This document shows, one piece after another, positions 30,915-42,041 of a stretch of DNA of 64,000 bases. Source of the DNA: Chlamydiales bacterium (GTDB lineage Bacteria > Chlamydiota > Chlamydiia > Chlamydiales > JAAZZY01); NCBI GenBank assembly GCA_965206695.1, contig CBDBKM010000011.1, forward strand, positions 409,045 through 473,044, given 5' to 3'. The notes beneath the pieces are model-generated. The model did not search any database. It was not told where the DNA came from and saw only the letters and a program-made list of their open reading frames with translations. Position 1 is the first letter of the stretch. Each line of letters begins with the position of its first letter. The position numbers were made by a program, and so were the translations under genes.

Positions 30915-32233
30915 GAAAATCCTCCCATAAGCTTTTCTAAATTCTTCTTATTCGACATCTGTTTTATAAATTGCTTTGTCCGTTTAAATGTTTTCACTAG
31001 CTTATTAACATCCTCTAATGAAGTTCCACTACCTCGAGCAATTCGCTTTCTTCGACCTACTATTAATTCTACTTTTTCTTGTCTTTCTGCTTTAGTCATA
31101 GAGAGAATCATCGATTCAATTCTGAACAACTGCTTATCAGATAGATCTAAATCTTTTAATTGTGCTCCACCGGGAAGCATTTTTAACAACCCTTTTAAAG
31201 AACCCATTTTTTTTACAACTTGCATCTGTTTAAGATAATCTTCGTACGTAAGAGATGCTTTACGCATCTTCTTTTCGAGTACCTTAGCCTCTTTTTCATC
31301 AATAAACTCTTTAGCTTTATTGACTAGGTTAATGGTATCACCCATTCCCAAAATACGATCTGCCATCGATTGAGGATAAAAATACCGGAGATCTTCCAGC
31401 TTTTCACCAATCCCTTCAAATTTTAGCGGCTTGCCTGTAATTTCACGAATAGAAATGGCAGCACCTCCGCGGGTATTACCATCAAGCATGGTCAATACGG
31501 TCCCTGTAATTTCTATTTGCTTATTAAATGCAGCAGCAACTGAAGGAGCATCTTGACCGGTAGATGCATTGGCAACAAATAGAGTTTCGGATGGACTAAC
31601 CTCTTTTTTGATAGCCTGTAACTCATGCATGAGTTCTTGATCAATATGTAGACGGCCTGCCGTATCAAAAATAACGGTGTCGATATTCATAGAAGCAGCT
31701 TCTTTTAAGGCTTTTTTAGCAACCGTAACAGGTTTTTTTTCACCTTCGATGAAAAAAACAGGAACATCTGCTTGTTTTCCCAATAATTTCAACTGCTCTA
31801 CAGCAGCAGGCCTTTGTAAGTCACAAGCTACAAGCATGAGTTTTTTTTTATAATCGTCCTTTTTAAGAAAATAAGCTAACTTAGCGCAAAACGTTGTCTT
31901 ACCGGATCCTTGCAAACCACAAACCATAAACACTGCCGGCCTACCGGAAAAAACTAACGCTGTACCCTCCCCTCCCATCAATTGAACTAATTCATCGTGA
32001 ACAACTTTGATAAATTGTTGAGAAGGAGATACCGATTTGATAACTTGCTCCCCTAAGGCTTTTTCTTTAACTTTCTTAATAAAAGACTTTGTAACAGTAT
32101 AATTTACATCTGCATCTAACAGAGCTAAGCGAACCTCTCTGACAGCATCTGATATATTATCATCTGTCAACTTGCGTTTTCCTGCTAAAGTAGAAAAAAC
32201 GTTTTGTAATTTATCTGTTAATGATCCAAACAT
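30905..32233 (-). CDS. ffh: Signal recognition particle protein
   Basis: GLQGSGKTT, DTAGR, RILGMGD, RIARGSG. Confidence 0.97.
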   Translation of the reverse strand: MFGSLTDKLQNVFSTLAGKRKLTDDNISDAVREVRLALLDADVNYTVTKSFIKKVKEKALGEQVIKSVSPSQQFIKVVHDELVQLMGGEGTALVFSGRPAVFMVCGLQGSGKTTFCAKLAYFLKKDDYKKKLMLVACDLQRPAAVEQLKLLGKQADVPVFFIEGEKKPVTVAKKALKEAASMNIDTVIFDTAGRLHIDQELMHELQAIKKEVSPSETLFVANASTGQDAPSVAAAFNKQIEITGTVLTMLDGNTRGGAAISIREITGKPLKFEGIGEKLEDLRYFYPQSMADRILGMGDTINLVNKAKEFIDEKEAKVLEKKMRKASLTYEDYLKQMQVVKKMGSLKGLLKMLPGGAQLKDLDLSDKQLFRIESMILSMTKAERQEKVELIVGRRKRIARGSGTSLEDVNKLVKTFKRTKQFIKQMSNKKNLEKLMGGFSWR

Positions 32234-32287
32234 TTATAAAAAAAATTGCAATTTCCCTTAATTTGAAAAAACAGGTTACTTAAACAA

Positions 32288-33136
32288 CTATTCGATTTCA
32301 AGGAAAAAGAGCCTATCCAATCCCGCCCAATCCTTTTCAAAATTAAATTTTTTATAACCTTGTTTCGAAAAAATATTTGTAATAGCTGATTTTTGATTAT
32401 ATCCTATCTCCAAGTAACATTTTCCATTGGGATTCAAATAATCCCTTAACCCGTCAGCAAAACGTTCATAGCATTCTAAGCCTTGATTAGAAGCAACTAA
32501 AGCAAGTTTAGGTTCATATAGTTTGACTTCATTTTCTAAATTCACGTACTCATCCTCAGAAATATAAGGAGGATTGCAAATGATGAAATCAGCCTTCAAT
32601 CTCTTAAAAGGTTGAAATAAATCACCTTGAATCAAGGTGACTTTTGTTTGATTTTGATCCGCATTTATTTTAGCTACTTTTAAAGCTTTTTCGCTAATAT
32701 CTGATAAATAAACTTTCAATTCAGGAAATTGCTTTTTTAAAGCAATTCCAATACAGCCCGATCCTGTACAGATGTCATATAAAATTTTTCCTTTTAGATC
32801 GCTCCCTTTTAGAGATTGTACAATTTTATCAACAATAATTTCAGTCTCTTGACGAGGGATTAATACATCAGGCGTAAGAGCGATAGTACATCCATAAAAA
32901 GAGATCTCTTTATGGATATAAGATAAAGGCTCATTTGCTCCACGCCTTTTTAAATGATCACGGATGATTTCCAATTCTCTTTCAATTACAGGCCTCTCAA
33001 ATGACATGTATAAATCAATGCGATTCATCCCTAAGCAATGAGCAATAATTTCACCCGCTTCCTTGCGAGCATTGTCAATAGATTTTTCTGCCAGGTATTT
33101 GTAAGATAAAGATAATATTTCTGATACTGTTCGCAT
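32288..33136 (-). CDS. prmC: Release factor glutamine methyltransferase
   Basis: LIPRQETE, DICTGSG, NPPY. Confidence 0.95.
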   Translation of the reverse strand: MRTVSEILSLSYKYLAEKSIDNARKEAGEIIAHCLGMNRIDLYMSFERPVIERELEIIRDHLKRRGANEPLSYIHKEISFYGCTIALTPDVLIPRQETEIIVDKIVQSLKGSDLKGKILYDICTGSGCIGIALKKQFPELKVYLSDISEKALKVAKINADQNQTKVTLIQGDLFQPFKRLKADFIICNPPYISEDEYVNLENEVKLYEPKLALVASNQGLECYERFADGLRDYLNPNGKCYLEIGYNQKSAITNIFSKQGYKKFNFEKDWAGLDRLFFLEIE

Positions 33137-33142
33137 AAGAGA

Positions 33143-34207
33143 TTAATCGGCTAGTTTTTTTTGATGATAATGGGAGACTACGGCAGTTATAAGCCCTTCT
33201 AAATCTCCATTCATTATTTTATCAAGGCTATATAAAGTTACATTAATGCGATGATCGGTAACACGATTTTGAGAAAAATTATATGTTCTAATTCTTTCAG
33301 AGCGATCTCCCGACCCTACTTGTTGAGAGCGCAAACCGATAATTTCCTTCTCTTTTTTTATTCTTTCATGATCTGCAATTTTAGCATGTAAAAGCCTTAA
33401 AGCTTTTTCTTTATTCTTATGTTGGCTTTTTTCCTGCATGCAATAAGAAACAAGCCCTGTTGGTACGTGAGTAATGCGTACAGCTGAATCCGTAGTATTG
33501 ATATGCTGTCCTCCCGCTCCGGACGCCCTATAGGTATCAATGCGCAAATCTTTGTCATTCAATACAATTTCTTCTTCTTCATCCGGCTCCATTAAAACAG
33601 CTATCGTAATGGCTGAGGTGTGTACCCTTCCTTGTGATTCTGTAGTAGGTACTCTCTGTACACGATGCGTCCCACCTTCATGCTTCATATAACGGTAGAC
33701 ATTCGGACCGGATAAAACCATCACGTATTCTTTATAACCTCCAACTTCGGCAGAGGTACAAGAAAGTAACTCGTAACGCCAGCCTACAGCATCAGCATAA
33801 CACTTATACATGCGAACACAATCACCGACAAAAAGAGCCGCTTCATCACCACCGGTGCCGGCTCTAAGTTCCATTATCGTATTTCTATGATCATTGGGAT
33901 CAGGAGGAATCAGAAGGTTTTCTAATTTTTTTTCTAAAACAGGCGTTTTCTCTTCTAGAGAGGCTATATCATCCAGCAACATCTTTTTTAGATCTTCATC
34001 CTGATCCTCTTTGAGAAGATCACGATTATCCTTTAACTGATTTGTTAAATCCAAAAGAGATTCCCAAACCTCTCTTACCTGTGATATATAAGCATGCTCT
34101 TGTGTAAGAAAACGAAATTGCTTTTGATCGTTAATCGCTTCCGGCTTACCTAACTCATTTTCTACTTCAACCAAACGCTGTAGTAATTTAGCAATTTTAT
34201 CTTTCAT
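33143..34207 (-). CDS. prfA: Peptide chain release factor 1
   Basis: PxT motif (VPTTE), GAGGQ, RIRTYNF. Confidence 0.96.
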   Translation of the reverse strand: MKDKIAKLLQRLVEVENELGKPEAINDQKQFRFLTQEHAYISQVREVWESLLDLTNQLKDNRDLLKEDQDEDLKKMLLDDIASLEEKTPVLEKKLENLLIPPDPNDHRNTIMELRAGTGGDEAALFVGDCVRMYKCYADAVGWRYELLSCTSAEVGGYKEYVMVLSGPNVYRYMKHEGGTHRVQRVPTTESQGRVHTSAITIAVLMEPDEEEEIVLNDKDLRIDTYRASGAGGQHINTTDSAVRITHVPTGLVSYCMQEKSQHKNKEKALRLLHAKIADHERIKKEKEIIGLRSQQVGSGDRSERIRTYNFSQNRVTDHRINVTLYSLDKIMNGDLEGLITAVVSHYHQKKLAD

Positions 34208-34255
34208 TAAATATCCTTCAAGATACCAAATTCCATCAGAAGCAAACCTCTAGGA

Positions 34256-34534
34256 TTATTTATTAGATTTTTCTTCTGTGTCAGCTTTCTTACTCGTTGT
34301 GCCATAACGTTTATTAAATTTATCAACTCTGCCTTCAGTATCAATAAATTGTTGGCTTCCGGTAAAGAAGGGATGCGACGCACTTGAAACTGAAATATGA
34401 CAAACAGGATATTCCCGGCCTTCATATTGTTCCACCGCTTCAGTCTCCAAAGTAGAACTAACTAAAAATTTAGATCCTGTAGAGGAATCAACAAAAAGAA
34501 CTTTTCTATAATTAGGATGAGTATCTTTCTTCAT
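34256..34534 (-). CDS. rpmE: 50S ribosomal protein L31 type B
   Basis: [23 protein letters not shown]. Confidence 0.93.
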   Translation of the reverse strand: MKKDTHPNYRKVLFVDSSTGSKFLVSSTLETEAVEQYEGREYPVCHISVSSASHPFFTGSQQFIDTEGRVDKFNKRYGTTSKKADTEEKSNK

Positions 34535-34725
34535 TCTATTTTCTCCATATCATGAGCAAGTATTTTGATCTCTTTAGTCATTAAAAGCAAGTTTTTAATA
34601 TCTTAATTTGATAATGCAGCCTTTTTGACAGCTTCAACGACTTTTTTCTTCAAAAGGAGAGCGTAGTATACAATCGGACTCCCCGGCATCAATGGATTCC
34701 GCTAGAGCTTTAACTACAGCATATT

Positions 34726-34780
34726 TTATAACAATTAAGTAAGAAAACTCTTTGCTTTAGCACCGGGATGAAAGCGTCTA
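34726..34780 (+). mobile_element. Solo IS605-type left end with TTAT
   Basis: TTAT-AACAATTAAGTAAGAAAACTCTTTGCTTTAGCACCGGGATGAAAGCGTCTA matches the reverse complement of 38431-38485. Confidence 0.75.
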
Positions 34781-34966
34781 TTGATTTTCTTGCTTAATTT
34801 TCATAAACCTTCTAGGATGTTAATTGTAATTTTACCTTTTACTTTTACTCAGTCCTTATTTTATCCCTTTATTCATTCTTAATTTTAAGATAGAAAAATA
34901 GTATGTAATGGCATATGCTAATATTACATGGTTTAGAAAAATAGAATGTTAGAATAAATAAAATAT

Positions 34967-35881
34967 ATGAACTTTTCTTTTCAACAACGAACAGGCTTTC
35001 CTAAAACACCCAAGTTACTAAAAAGACTTTTATTATCCATAGGTCTTTTTAGCATAGGCTCCATCATTGCAGATTCTTTCCTAAGTCATTTTACACATAT
35101 GTTTTTATTTAAATCTTTATTTACCTTATCCCCTGCAGGGATAATGAAAGGATTTTTTTGGCAACCGATTACCTATCTTTTTCTTTTACCTATTGACCAA
35201 GGGATAACGTTTGCTTTTATAATCAATTTATTTTTTACCCTTTATTTTCTTTGGGTTGTTGGCACAAAGATTTATAACTCGCTAGGTAAAAGCTCTTTTA
35301 TCACTCTCTTTATTATAAGTGGTATCTTATCAGCGATTTGCGCCGTAGTATTGGCATGTTTTTTTTCAATTCCCGGTTATATATCCGGTTGTGGTGCCGT
35401 TATGTTAGCTTTTCTTGTCATTTGGTGTATGCTTACTCCTGAACAAGAAATTATGTTATTTATGATGTTGCCAATTAAGATTAAGTGGTTGGCTGTCATT
35501 GCTGTTGGTATTTGTTTAATGCAACAAATATTAGCCTTTGATTGGTTTTCTCTTACTCTATATCTCTCTGCCATTGTGCTAACATATATTTATGCTACTT
35601 GTGCACACGCGCTCTCTACTCCTTTTAAAGCCACACAATTCATTGATAAGAATCTCGCTCAGTTTGGAGCTGTCTTAAAGAAAAAATTTTATAAAGTTAA
35701 TAATATTAGTACCAAAAACAAAATCTTTGATTTCAAAACAGGAGAAGCCGTATTAAATGATGAGGATTTCATTAATGCTATGCTTGATAAAATCTCTCAA
35801 TACGGTGATAAATCTTTATCATTTAGAGAAAAAAGACGCCTTCGTAAAATATCAAAAACCAAGCGATACGACTCTCATTGA
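34967..35881 (+). CDS. Rhomboid-family intramembrane protein
   Basis: WQPITYLF, multiple TM helices, C-terminal MLDKISQYG..SL..EK motif. Confidence 0.8.
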   Translation: MNFSFQQRTGFPKTPKLLKRLLLSIGLFSIGSIIADSFLSHFTHMFLFKSLFTLSPAGIMKGFFWQPITYLFLLPIDQGITFAFIINLFFTLYFLWVVGTKIYNSLGKSSFITLFIISGILSAICAVVLACFFSIPGYISGCGAVMLAFLVIWCMLTPEQEIMLFMMLPIKIKWLAVIAVGICLMQQILAFDWFSLTLYLSAIVLTYIYATCAHALSTPFKATQFIDKNLAQFGAVLKKKFYKVNNISTKNKIFDFKTGEAVLNDEDFINAMLDKISQYGDKSLSFREKRRLRKISKTKRYDSH

Positions 35882-36096
35882 CAGCTCCCAACCTAAAAGG
35901 GAACGGATTCCTCATTCACAGACCACGGCTAACAAAAGAGTTAATCTAACATGATCTCCAAAGGCTTACATTACCGACTGCCCTTCGGTATATACTGCTC
36001 GTAGCTGAATCAGAGAAATTTTGTTGAAAAATTAATTAGTGACTGAGTAACCTTACTTCTTTAAATTTTGATCTACATCATAAATGCACCTTTCAC

Positions 36097-37864
36097 CCGA
36101 CATTCCTAGACCTCTAAACAAGTTTTTCTAATTAAGCCATACATCCTCATTGCAGTCTTTCCAAACAAAACAATAATCTTTTTCCGAAGACGGGTTAAAT
36201 TTGTGATCATTTCTTTACAAATTCTCCGGGAAGTCTTCTGAAAAAAACGGATTATTCCGATACCTTCCATAATTTGGAAAATCCATCTTAATGTTGGATT
36301 TTTGACTTCCTTTCCTAATTGGTTGGGTAATGTCTCTTCTGTTTCTATCAATTTTTGTCGAAGTTGATATTGTCCGATATTATAAACCATTAAACACAAT
36401 GTCATAACCATCATTAATGCTTCAATGCGTCGAGGGGTTTTTAAAAAAATAGAATCAACCATAAACCAAGGATCTTTTAAAAAGCGAAACCCTCCTTCAA
36501 CCTTTTGCTGTTCTTTATATTCTTCTAACATCATCTCATCTTTATAATTTTCTCTATCGGTGTCATTCGTAGCTAAAATAAACCGTCCTTTTCTATTCAT
36601 CAGTTTATTAATTTCTTCTTCTTCCCTTTCAAAGCTAGCATGAATCTTGTATCCAACAACTTGTTTTTCCTCTCCTTGTTTAGGTTTGCCTAATTTACCA
36701 TATTTTAGAATCGGCAATATCTCACTATTCATGGAATATAAATGATTTTTTTTAGTCAATCTGCCCCAAGCTTTTTTAGCATCACTTTCGCATTTAAATT
36801 CCTCATTACCCAAATGCCAAAGTTGTTTCTTGAGCTTTTCTTCTGCCTTGGTCAATTTTTTTTCTAATGATTTTATCTCTCTCTGATAGGCTTGCTCTGA
36901 AAAAACCAAAAGCCATCTTTGTTTAATCCCTCCATAAAAAGAGGTGAAGCTGCATGTTTTATATCCTTTCTCCTGATCAATCCAATCAATTTCTTCTTCC
37001 GGTTTTTCTACTAATCTTTTTGCTTCTCCTATTATCTCGGGAACTCGGGTGAGCCATTTATAATCATTATTTTTTAAGAGCTTTTCTTTTGTGTATAACG
37101 CTGAATCGGCAACCCACTTAAACTTTGTTTTTACATCAATCTGTTGTTGAAATTCACTGATTTTTTTGATCGTCTCATGAAAACTTGCTTTATCAGAACT
37201 ATTGCCGTCTAAGGCTTCCATCCATAGAGGCATAGAACTCGGACCATTGGTAACGAGAGAAAGTACAACTTGTTTCAAATCAGGTCTATGATCTTTAGAA
37301 TAACCCTGCTTAATCTCAATCACTTGCGGATCATCTTTCACTTCATACGACCCATGAACGGAAAAGCTTGTTGTATCTAGATGATGCGTTTTTTGTAGTA
37401 AATCATGGTCTAGGGCTATTCCAAAAGAAACTTCAGCAAATAATTTACTGCTCCCATATTTCGCAATATCATCCAAAGCATGACCTAAAGTATAATCTGT
37501 GAGATCTTCTGCTCGAAGATTGTTGCCAAGTAAATTCTCTATCGATTTAGAAGCAAAAAATTGATGTGTTAGGTAGAGACGTCTATTAGTAAACCCTAAT
37601 CCATTCAGAATCATTGCAATTACTGCCTGTCCCGCACTTACTTTTCTTTGTGGATGATTTTTTAATCCGGTATCAATCCTTTCCGCTACCTTTAGATCGC
37701 TGCAAAGTGCTGCAATTAATCCATGGTGATCCATGTTCACTGTTTGAATATTATCTCCTGCAACTTCCGGCATAACTTTTCTCCTTGTATCAAATAAAAA
37801 GTAACAGGATAGGCAATCTATAATTCTAATTCAAAAAAAATATCTTACGGTCTAGGAATGTCGG
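36097..37864 (-). mobile_element. IS1634-family element
   Basis: TIRs CCGACATTCCTAGAC, 6-bp target duplication TTTCAC. Confidence 0.93.
36106..37773 (-). CDS. IS1634 transposase
   Basis: HLDTTS, GYSKDHRPDLKQ, VADSALY, VEGGFRFLK. Confidence 0.93.
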   Translation of the reverse strand: MPEVAGDNIQTVNMDHHGLIAALCSDLKVAERIDTGLKNHPQRKVSAGQAVIAMILNGLGFTNRRLYLTHQFFASKSIENLLGNNLRAEDLTDYTLGHALDDIAKYGSSKLFAEVSFGIALDHDLLQKTHHLDTTSFSVHGSYEVKDDPQVIEIKQGYSKDHRPDLKQVVLSLVTNGPSSMPLWMEALDGNSSDKASFHETIKKISEFQQQIDVKTKFKWVADSALYTKEKLLKNNDYKWLTRVPEIIGEAKRLVEKPEEEIDWIDQEKGYKTCSFTSFYGGIKQRWLLVFSEQAYQREIKSLEKKLTKAEEKLKKQLWHLGNEEFKCESDAKKAWGRLTKKNHLYSMNSEILPILKYGKLGKPKQGEEKQVVGYKIHASFEREEEEINKLMNRKGRFILATNDTDRENYKDEMMLEEYKEQQKVEGGFRFLKDPWFMVDSIFLKTPRRIEALMMVMTLCLMVYNIGQYQLRQKLIETEETLPNQLGKEVKNPTLRWIFQIMEGIGIIRFFQKTSRRICKEMITNLTRLRKKIIVLFGKTAMRMYGLIRKTCLEV

Positions 37865-37918
37865 TTTCACCAAAAGAAAAATCTAACCTTGAGAATCATG
37901 CAAGAAAAACTCGTAATA

Positions 37919-37991
37919 TATAGTGAATTAAATTTGATTTTTCTTTTCTAACTAATGGATGTTTATGAAAAATAAAATTTAATTCACTATA
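37919..37991. mobile_element. 73-bp MITE with TATAGTGAATTAAATTT inverted ends
   Basis: 17-bp perfect TIR; the same end starts IS630-E at 39665. Confidence 0.8.
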
Positions 37992-38495
37992 ACATCATCT
38001 ATTCAGTATCCGGAATAACCTCTTGGCTCAAAGATCATGCGTTTACCTACAAAGAGCCATTGAAAGTTCCGGGAGAGTTAGATCCACAAAGGCAACAAGA
38101 TTTTATAGAGTCATACATGAGCTTGAAAGCTGAATTAGGAAAAGGCGGGAAAATGTATTTTTTGGATGCTCTGCATCCTGAATTCCGGTCTCAAGCCGTA
38201 TCCGGCCGGATAAAGAAGGGAGAGATACAAACGCTCCCGACTACGAACAAACAATTTAGAATGCATTTTGTAGGAGCTTTATCGCTTGCTAAGATGGAAA
38301 AATGAAAGAGCAATTAGGTCAAAGAATTAACGATAATTTTCAAAAAATTATTATTAATCATATTCATTGTCCTTCAAGATGAATTCTCCGATTCAGCTGC
38401 GAGCAGTATATACCAAGTCAAAAAAACAAGTAGACGCTCTCATCCCAATGCTAAAACAAAGGGTTTTCTCGCTTAATTGTCATAACTATCTTAAT

Positions 38496-38750
38496 CTATT
38501 TTGTATCTGCCCCTTCATTTATATAAGCAAACCAAGCCATTTGAACGGTTTGTACTCCTTCTAAAACTCCTTCTTCATAGCGAAACAGCGGGTTATTTTC
38601 AAGTTCAGGATAATCATTGGGTTGTAATATGTCTTCTGTTGTTAAATTAGGGATAATATAACGCCCCATTTTTAAGAGCTTATCCTTTTGTCCTTCTACA
38701 ATTTCATTAAGCAGGACTTTCATTTCTGTCATCAAAGTATCATCTAACAT
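38496..38750 (-). CDS. Conserved chlamydial hypothetical protein downstream of tadA
   Basis: EDILQPNDYPELENNPLFRYEEGVL resembles the small chlamydial gene linked to tadA. Confidence 0.75.
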   Translation of the reverse strand: MLDDTLMTEMKVLLNEIVEGQKDKLLKMGRYIIPNLTTEDILQPNDYPELENNPLFRYEEGVLEGVQTVQMAWFAYINEGADTK

Positions 38751-38765
38751 ATAGCTAACCTTAAC

Positions 38766-39266
38766 TTATCGCTTATTTTTAAAAAATTCCTTCAAAAGCC
38801 AAGCTGAAGCTTCTTTTAAAACGCCTGTTCTAACATTAATTTCGTGAGTAGGATGTTTTTTATCAAAGATATCAATCCAACTTCCGTTAGTACCGTGCCG
38901 AATATCTTCTGTAGCCCAAACTAAATTCTCAACCCTCGCTAAATGCATCGCACCGGCGCACATCATACAAGGCTCTAAAGTAGTATAGAGAGTGGTTCCG
39001 TTCAAACGCCAATTTTTCATGGCAATTGATCCTGCTGTAAGACAGAGCATTTCCGCATGCGCTGTTGCATCTTTCAACAATTCAACTTGGTTATGTCCTC
39101 CGGCAATAACAGAACCTTCAAGAACTAACACAGAGCCCACCGGGACTTCATCGCGCAAAAAAGCTACACGCGCTTCTCTTAAAGCTTCAAGCATAAATCG
39201 CTCATCATCATTTTTAGTAGTAATACATTTAATAAAATTATGCTTAATATCCAAAAAGGGTTCCAA
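38766..39266 (-). CDS. tadA: tRNA adenosine deaminase
   Basis: EVPVG, HAE, TLEPCMMC. Confidence 0.92.
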   Translation of the reverse strand: MEPFLDIKHNFIKCITTKNDDERFMLEALREARVAFLRDEVPVGSVLVLEGSVIAGGHNQVELLKDATAHAEMLCLTAGSIAMKNWRLNGTTLYTTLEPCMMCAGAMHLARVENLVWATEDIRHGTNGSWIDIFDKKHPTHEINVRTGVLKEASAWLLKEFFKNKR

Positions 39267-39278
39267 AATATTGCTGCC

Positions 39279-39485
39279 TTATTTTCCACATTTGAATGAC
39301 TTAAATTCAAAATGATGATTTTTTTCTAAGATATCAAATTTTTTTCGATATTGTTTAATAAGATATGCCGCTTGCTCTTCATATATTTCTTTCAACAACT
39401 TCAGTTTGTGATACTCTTTTTCTATAGAAAAATTCTTTTTATTAAAAATCCTTTGTATTGACCTGCTTACGTAAATATAGCACAA
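39279..39485 (-). CDS. Possible small hypothetical protein
   Basis: 68-aa ORF co-directional with tadA; no recognisable motif. Confidence 0.3.
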   Translation of the reverse strand: MCYIYVSRSIQRIFNKKNFSIEKEYHKLKLLKEIYEEQAAYLIKQYRKKFDILEKNHHFEFKSFKCGK

Positions 39486-40333
39486 AACTATATTAACTAA
39501 AATATGCAGACAATAGAATATTAATTCTCTAGTTATTGTACAAGGAACTTATCTTATTTGACAGCTCTTAACCCTAAAGAGAAAGGCTTCTTAATTCAAC
39601 GACCATTGTTAACAAGTGTTACTCTAACACGATCTCCAAAAAATTAAATGACCGACTCCCCTTATATAGTGAATTAAATTTTGTTTTTTATTATGATGAT
39701 GTATCATGTACGCTTGACAGCTCCCAACCCTAAAGGGAAGGGATTCCTAATTCATCGACCACTGCTAACAAACAAGCTAGTCTAACATGATCTCCAAAGG
39801 CTTAAATTACCGACTGCCCTGCGGTATCGAGATTAATAGATGCATTAAGATCTCTATCGTGTGTTACTTTGCAGTTTGGACACTGCCAACTTCTCACACT
39901 TAAATCTAAAATTTCTATTTGGTACCGGCAGGCAGAGCATAGTTTTGAACCGGCAAAAAATTGATCTAATTCCACTATATTTCTTCCGTACCATTTACAC
40001 TTATACTTTAAAAATGTTAAAAACCGGCTCCATCCTGCATCCGATATATGCTTGGAAAGTTTTTTATTTTTTAACATCTTATTAATATTTAACCCTTCTA
40101 TCGTGATCGTTTGGTTTTCACGAGCCAACTTTGTAGAAAGTTTATGATGAAAGTCCTGCCTTATATTTTTTATCTTCGAATGTATCGAAGCCACCGATCT
40201 TCTTTTTTTGAGTCTGTTTTTACCTTTGACTTTAGCTTTGCTAAGAGAACGTTGTTTTCTTTTTATAGTACTTTAATTTTTATTTGATAATATGTTATCC
40301 TTCTTTTTTTATACAAACAATAAGGACAAAACA

Positions 40334-40702
40334 ATGCCTAGAGCCTATTCAGTAGATCTTCGAGAGAAAGTATTACAACATATAGAAAAACATCATGATA
40401 AAAAAACAGCCGGCCATATTTTTCAAGTAGGTATCGCAACAATATATCGATGGATCTTGCAAAAAAAGCAAAAAGGACATTTAAAGCCAATCCGCAGAAA
40501 ATATGCTTATAAGAAATTAGATGATGAGTTGTTATCTAAATATGTAGAAAAACATCCGGATTATTTCTTATCGGAAATTGCTCATTATTTTTCAGTCACT
40601 CCGCAAACGATTTTTTATGCCCTTAAAAGATTAAAAATTACACGAAAAAAAAAACTACTCGCTATAAGGAAAGAGATGAAAAGAAACGGGAAGCTTTTAT
40701 GA
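40334..40702 (+). CDS. IS630 transposase OrfA
   Basis: Near-identical to 208-576. Confidence 0.9.
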   Translation: MPRAYSVDLREKVLQHIEKHHDKKTAGHIFQVGIATIYRWILQKKQKGHLKPIRRKYAYKKLDDELLSKYVEKHPDYFLSEIAHYFSVTPQTIFYALKRLKITRKKKLLAIRKEMKRNGKLL

Positions 40703-41187
40703 AAGATTTAAAAAATATTCCCTTTGACAAGAGAATTTATCTCGATGAAACCGGGATTCATCAATTTTTATTTCGTGAGTCCGGAAGAAGCTTACGCGGC
40801 AAAAAAGTTTTTGGAGCGGTTTCAGGAAACCGCTTTATAAGGCAAAATATTATTTCAGCCCTATCTAAAGGGCAGTTTTTATCTCCAATGTGTTTTGAAG
40901 GTACTTGTAATACCGGGTTATTCAATATTTGGCTTAAGGAAGTTTTGACTCCTCAGCTTACACCCGGTAGTGTTCTTATTCTTGACAATGCCGGTTTTCA
41001 CAAGTCAGCGGAAAGCAGGAAAATAGTAGAATCTGCCGGTTGTAAGCTTATGTTTCTTCCTCCATATTCTCCGGACTTAAATCCTATAGAAAAATATTGG
41101 GCTAATATGAAAAATAAAGTTAGAGAGATATTACGAAAAGTTACGAATTTTAAATTCGCCATTGATCAAGCAATCTTATCAATGTAA
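40699..41187 (+). CDS. IS630 transposase OrfB
   Basis: Near-identical to 573-1061. Confidence 0.9.
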   Translation: MKDLKNIPFDKRIYLDETGIHQFLFRESGRSLRGKKVFGAVSGNRFIRQNIISALSKGQFLSPMCFEGTCNTGLFNIWLKEVLTPQLTPGSVLILDNAGFHKSAESRKIVESAGCKLMFLPPYSPDLNPIEKYWANMKNKVREILRKVTNFKFAIDQAILSM

Positions 41188-42041
41188 AATTAAACGACTA
41201 TAGTCTTTTCTTATGAAATCTAAAAGGTTTAGGTGCCGTAATCTTTTTCCCTATAGAAAGAGTTGCGAATGTCGTTAATCCTAAATCTATACCGACAGAA
41301 TTATTTCTCTTCTCAAAAGGGATCACTTCTTCTTCTACTAATAGGCTCACAAAATACCTGTCACAAGAGTCTTTTGTGATTGTTATACCTGTTGGTGTAC
41401 CTAAAAAACACCTTGACCAATGTATTTTTAATCTGTCTTTAGATTTTGCAATCTTAAGATTAACCCCATCCCAACTAAATGCTGACTTAGTTAATCGTAT
41501 TGCCTGCGTACTGTGTTTGTTTTTAAAGCGAGGGAAATTTGACCTTTTTTTAAAAAAGTTTAAAAAAGCTCTATCAAGATCTCTAAGACTTTGTTGCAGA
41601 CAAACAGAAGAAACTTCGTTTAACCAAAGAAACTCTTTGTTTTGCTTAAGACTTGTCAAGAATGCCGATGTTTTAGAATAACTTACATTCTCTTTGTATT
41701 CCTGATATTTCTTGATCTTAAAATTTAAAGCTTGATTATATACAACTCCGGAACATCCAAAGCTTTTTGTAAGCAACTCCTTTTGTTTTTTCGTTGGATA
41801 GAATCTAAATTTATATGCTTTTTTGATCATCATGTATTGCATTATATGTCCGGTATATATAGATTGTCTATCCGGAAAGACGGAAAACCTCTAAAACAGC
41901 AATTTTTAACCTTAGTTACCATGTTATTTGGTGTCCTAAATATAGGAGAAAGGTTCTTGAAGGTGATATTGTTGTTCGTTTAAAGGAATTATTAAAATTA
42001 AAAGCTCTACAACTAAATATAGAGATTCACGAACTGAATAT

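Larger units (their letters stand above)
35993..38408 (+). mobile_element. Degraded IS630-family element, type D
   Basis: TIRs TACTGCTCGTAGCTGAATC / GATTCAGCTGCGAGCAGTA with TA flanks; FLDALHP fragment at 38060-38305. Confidence 0.8.
35878..38481 (-). mobile_element. ORF-less IS605 derivative (PATE B), hosting IS630-D, IS1634 and a MITE
   Basis: RE/omega scaffold at 35878-35990, LE at 38430-38481, TTAT at 38482-38485. Confidence 0.8.
40266..41200 (+). mobile_element. IS630 type A, copy 4
   Basis: 935 bp, TA duplication. Confidence 0.95.
39802..41842 (-). pseudogene. tnpB: TnpB split by IS630-A; about 367 aa with intact RuvC D-E-D when rejoined
   Basis: YKFRFYPT, GIDLG | IEGL, HDRDLNAS; frame restored on removing the IS and one TA. 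Confidence 0.92.

Noticed and set aside
34625..34720. TTGACAGCTTC resembling another IS605 right end, or a PIN-like fragment (IDAGES) on the minus strand
   Set aside because: Similarity stops after about 11 nt, the orientation does not pair with the adjacent left end, and the peptide is too short to support
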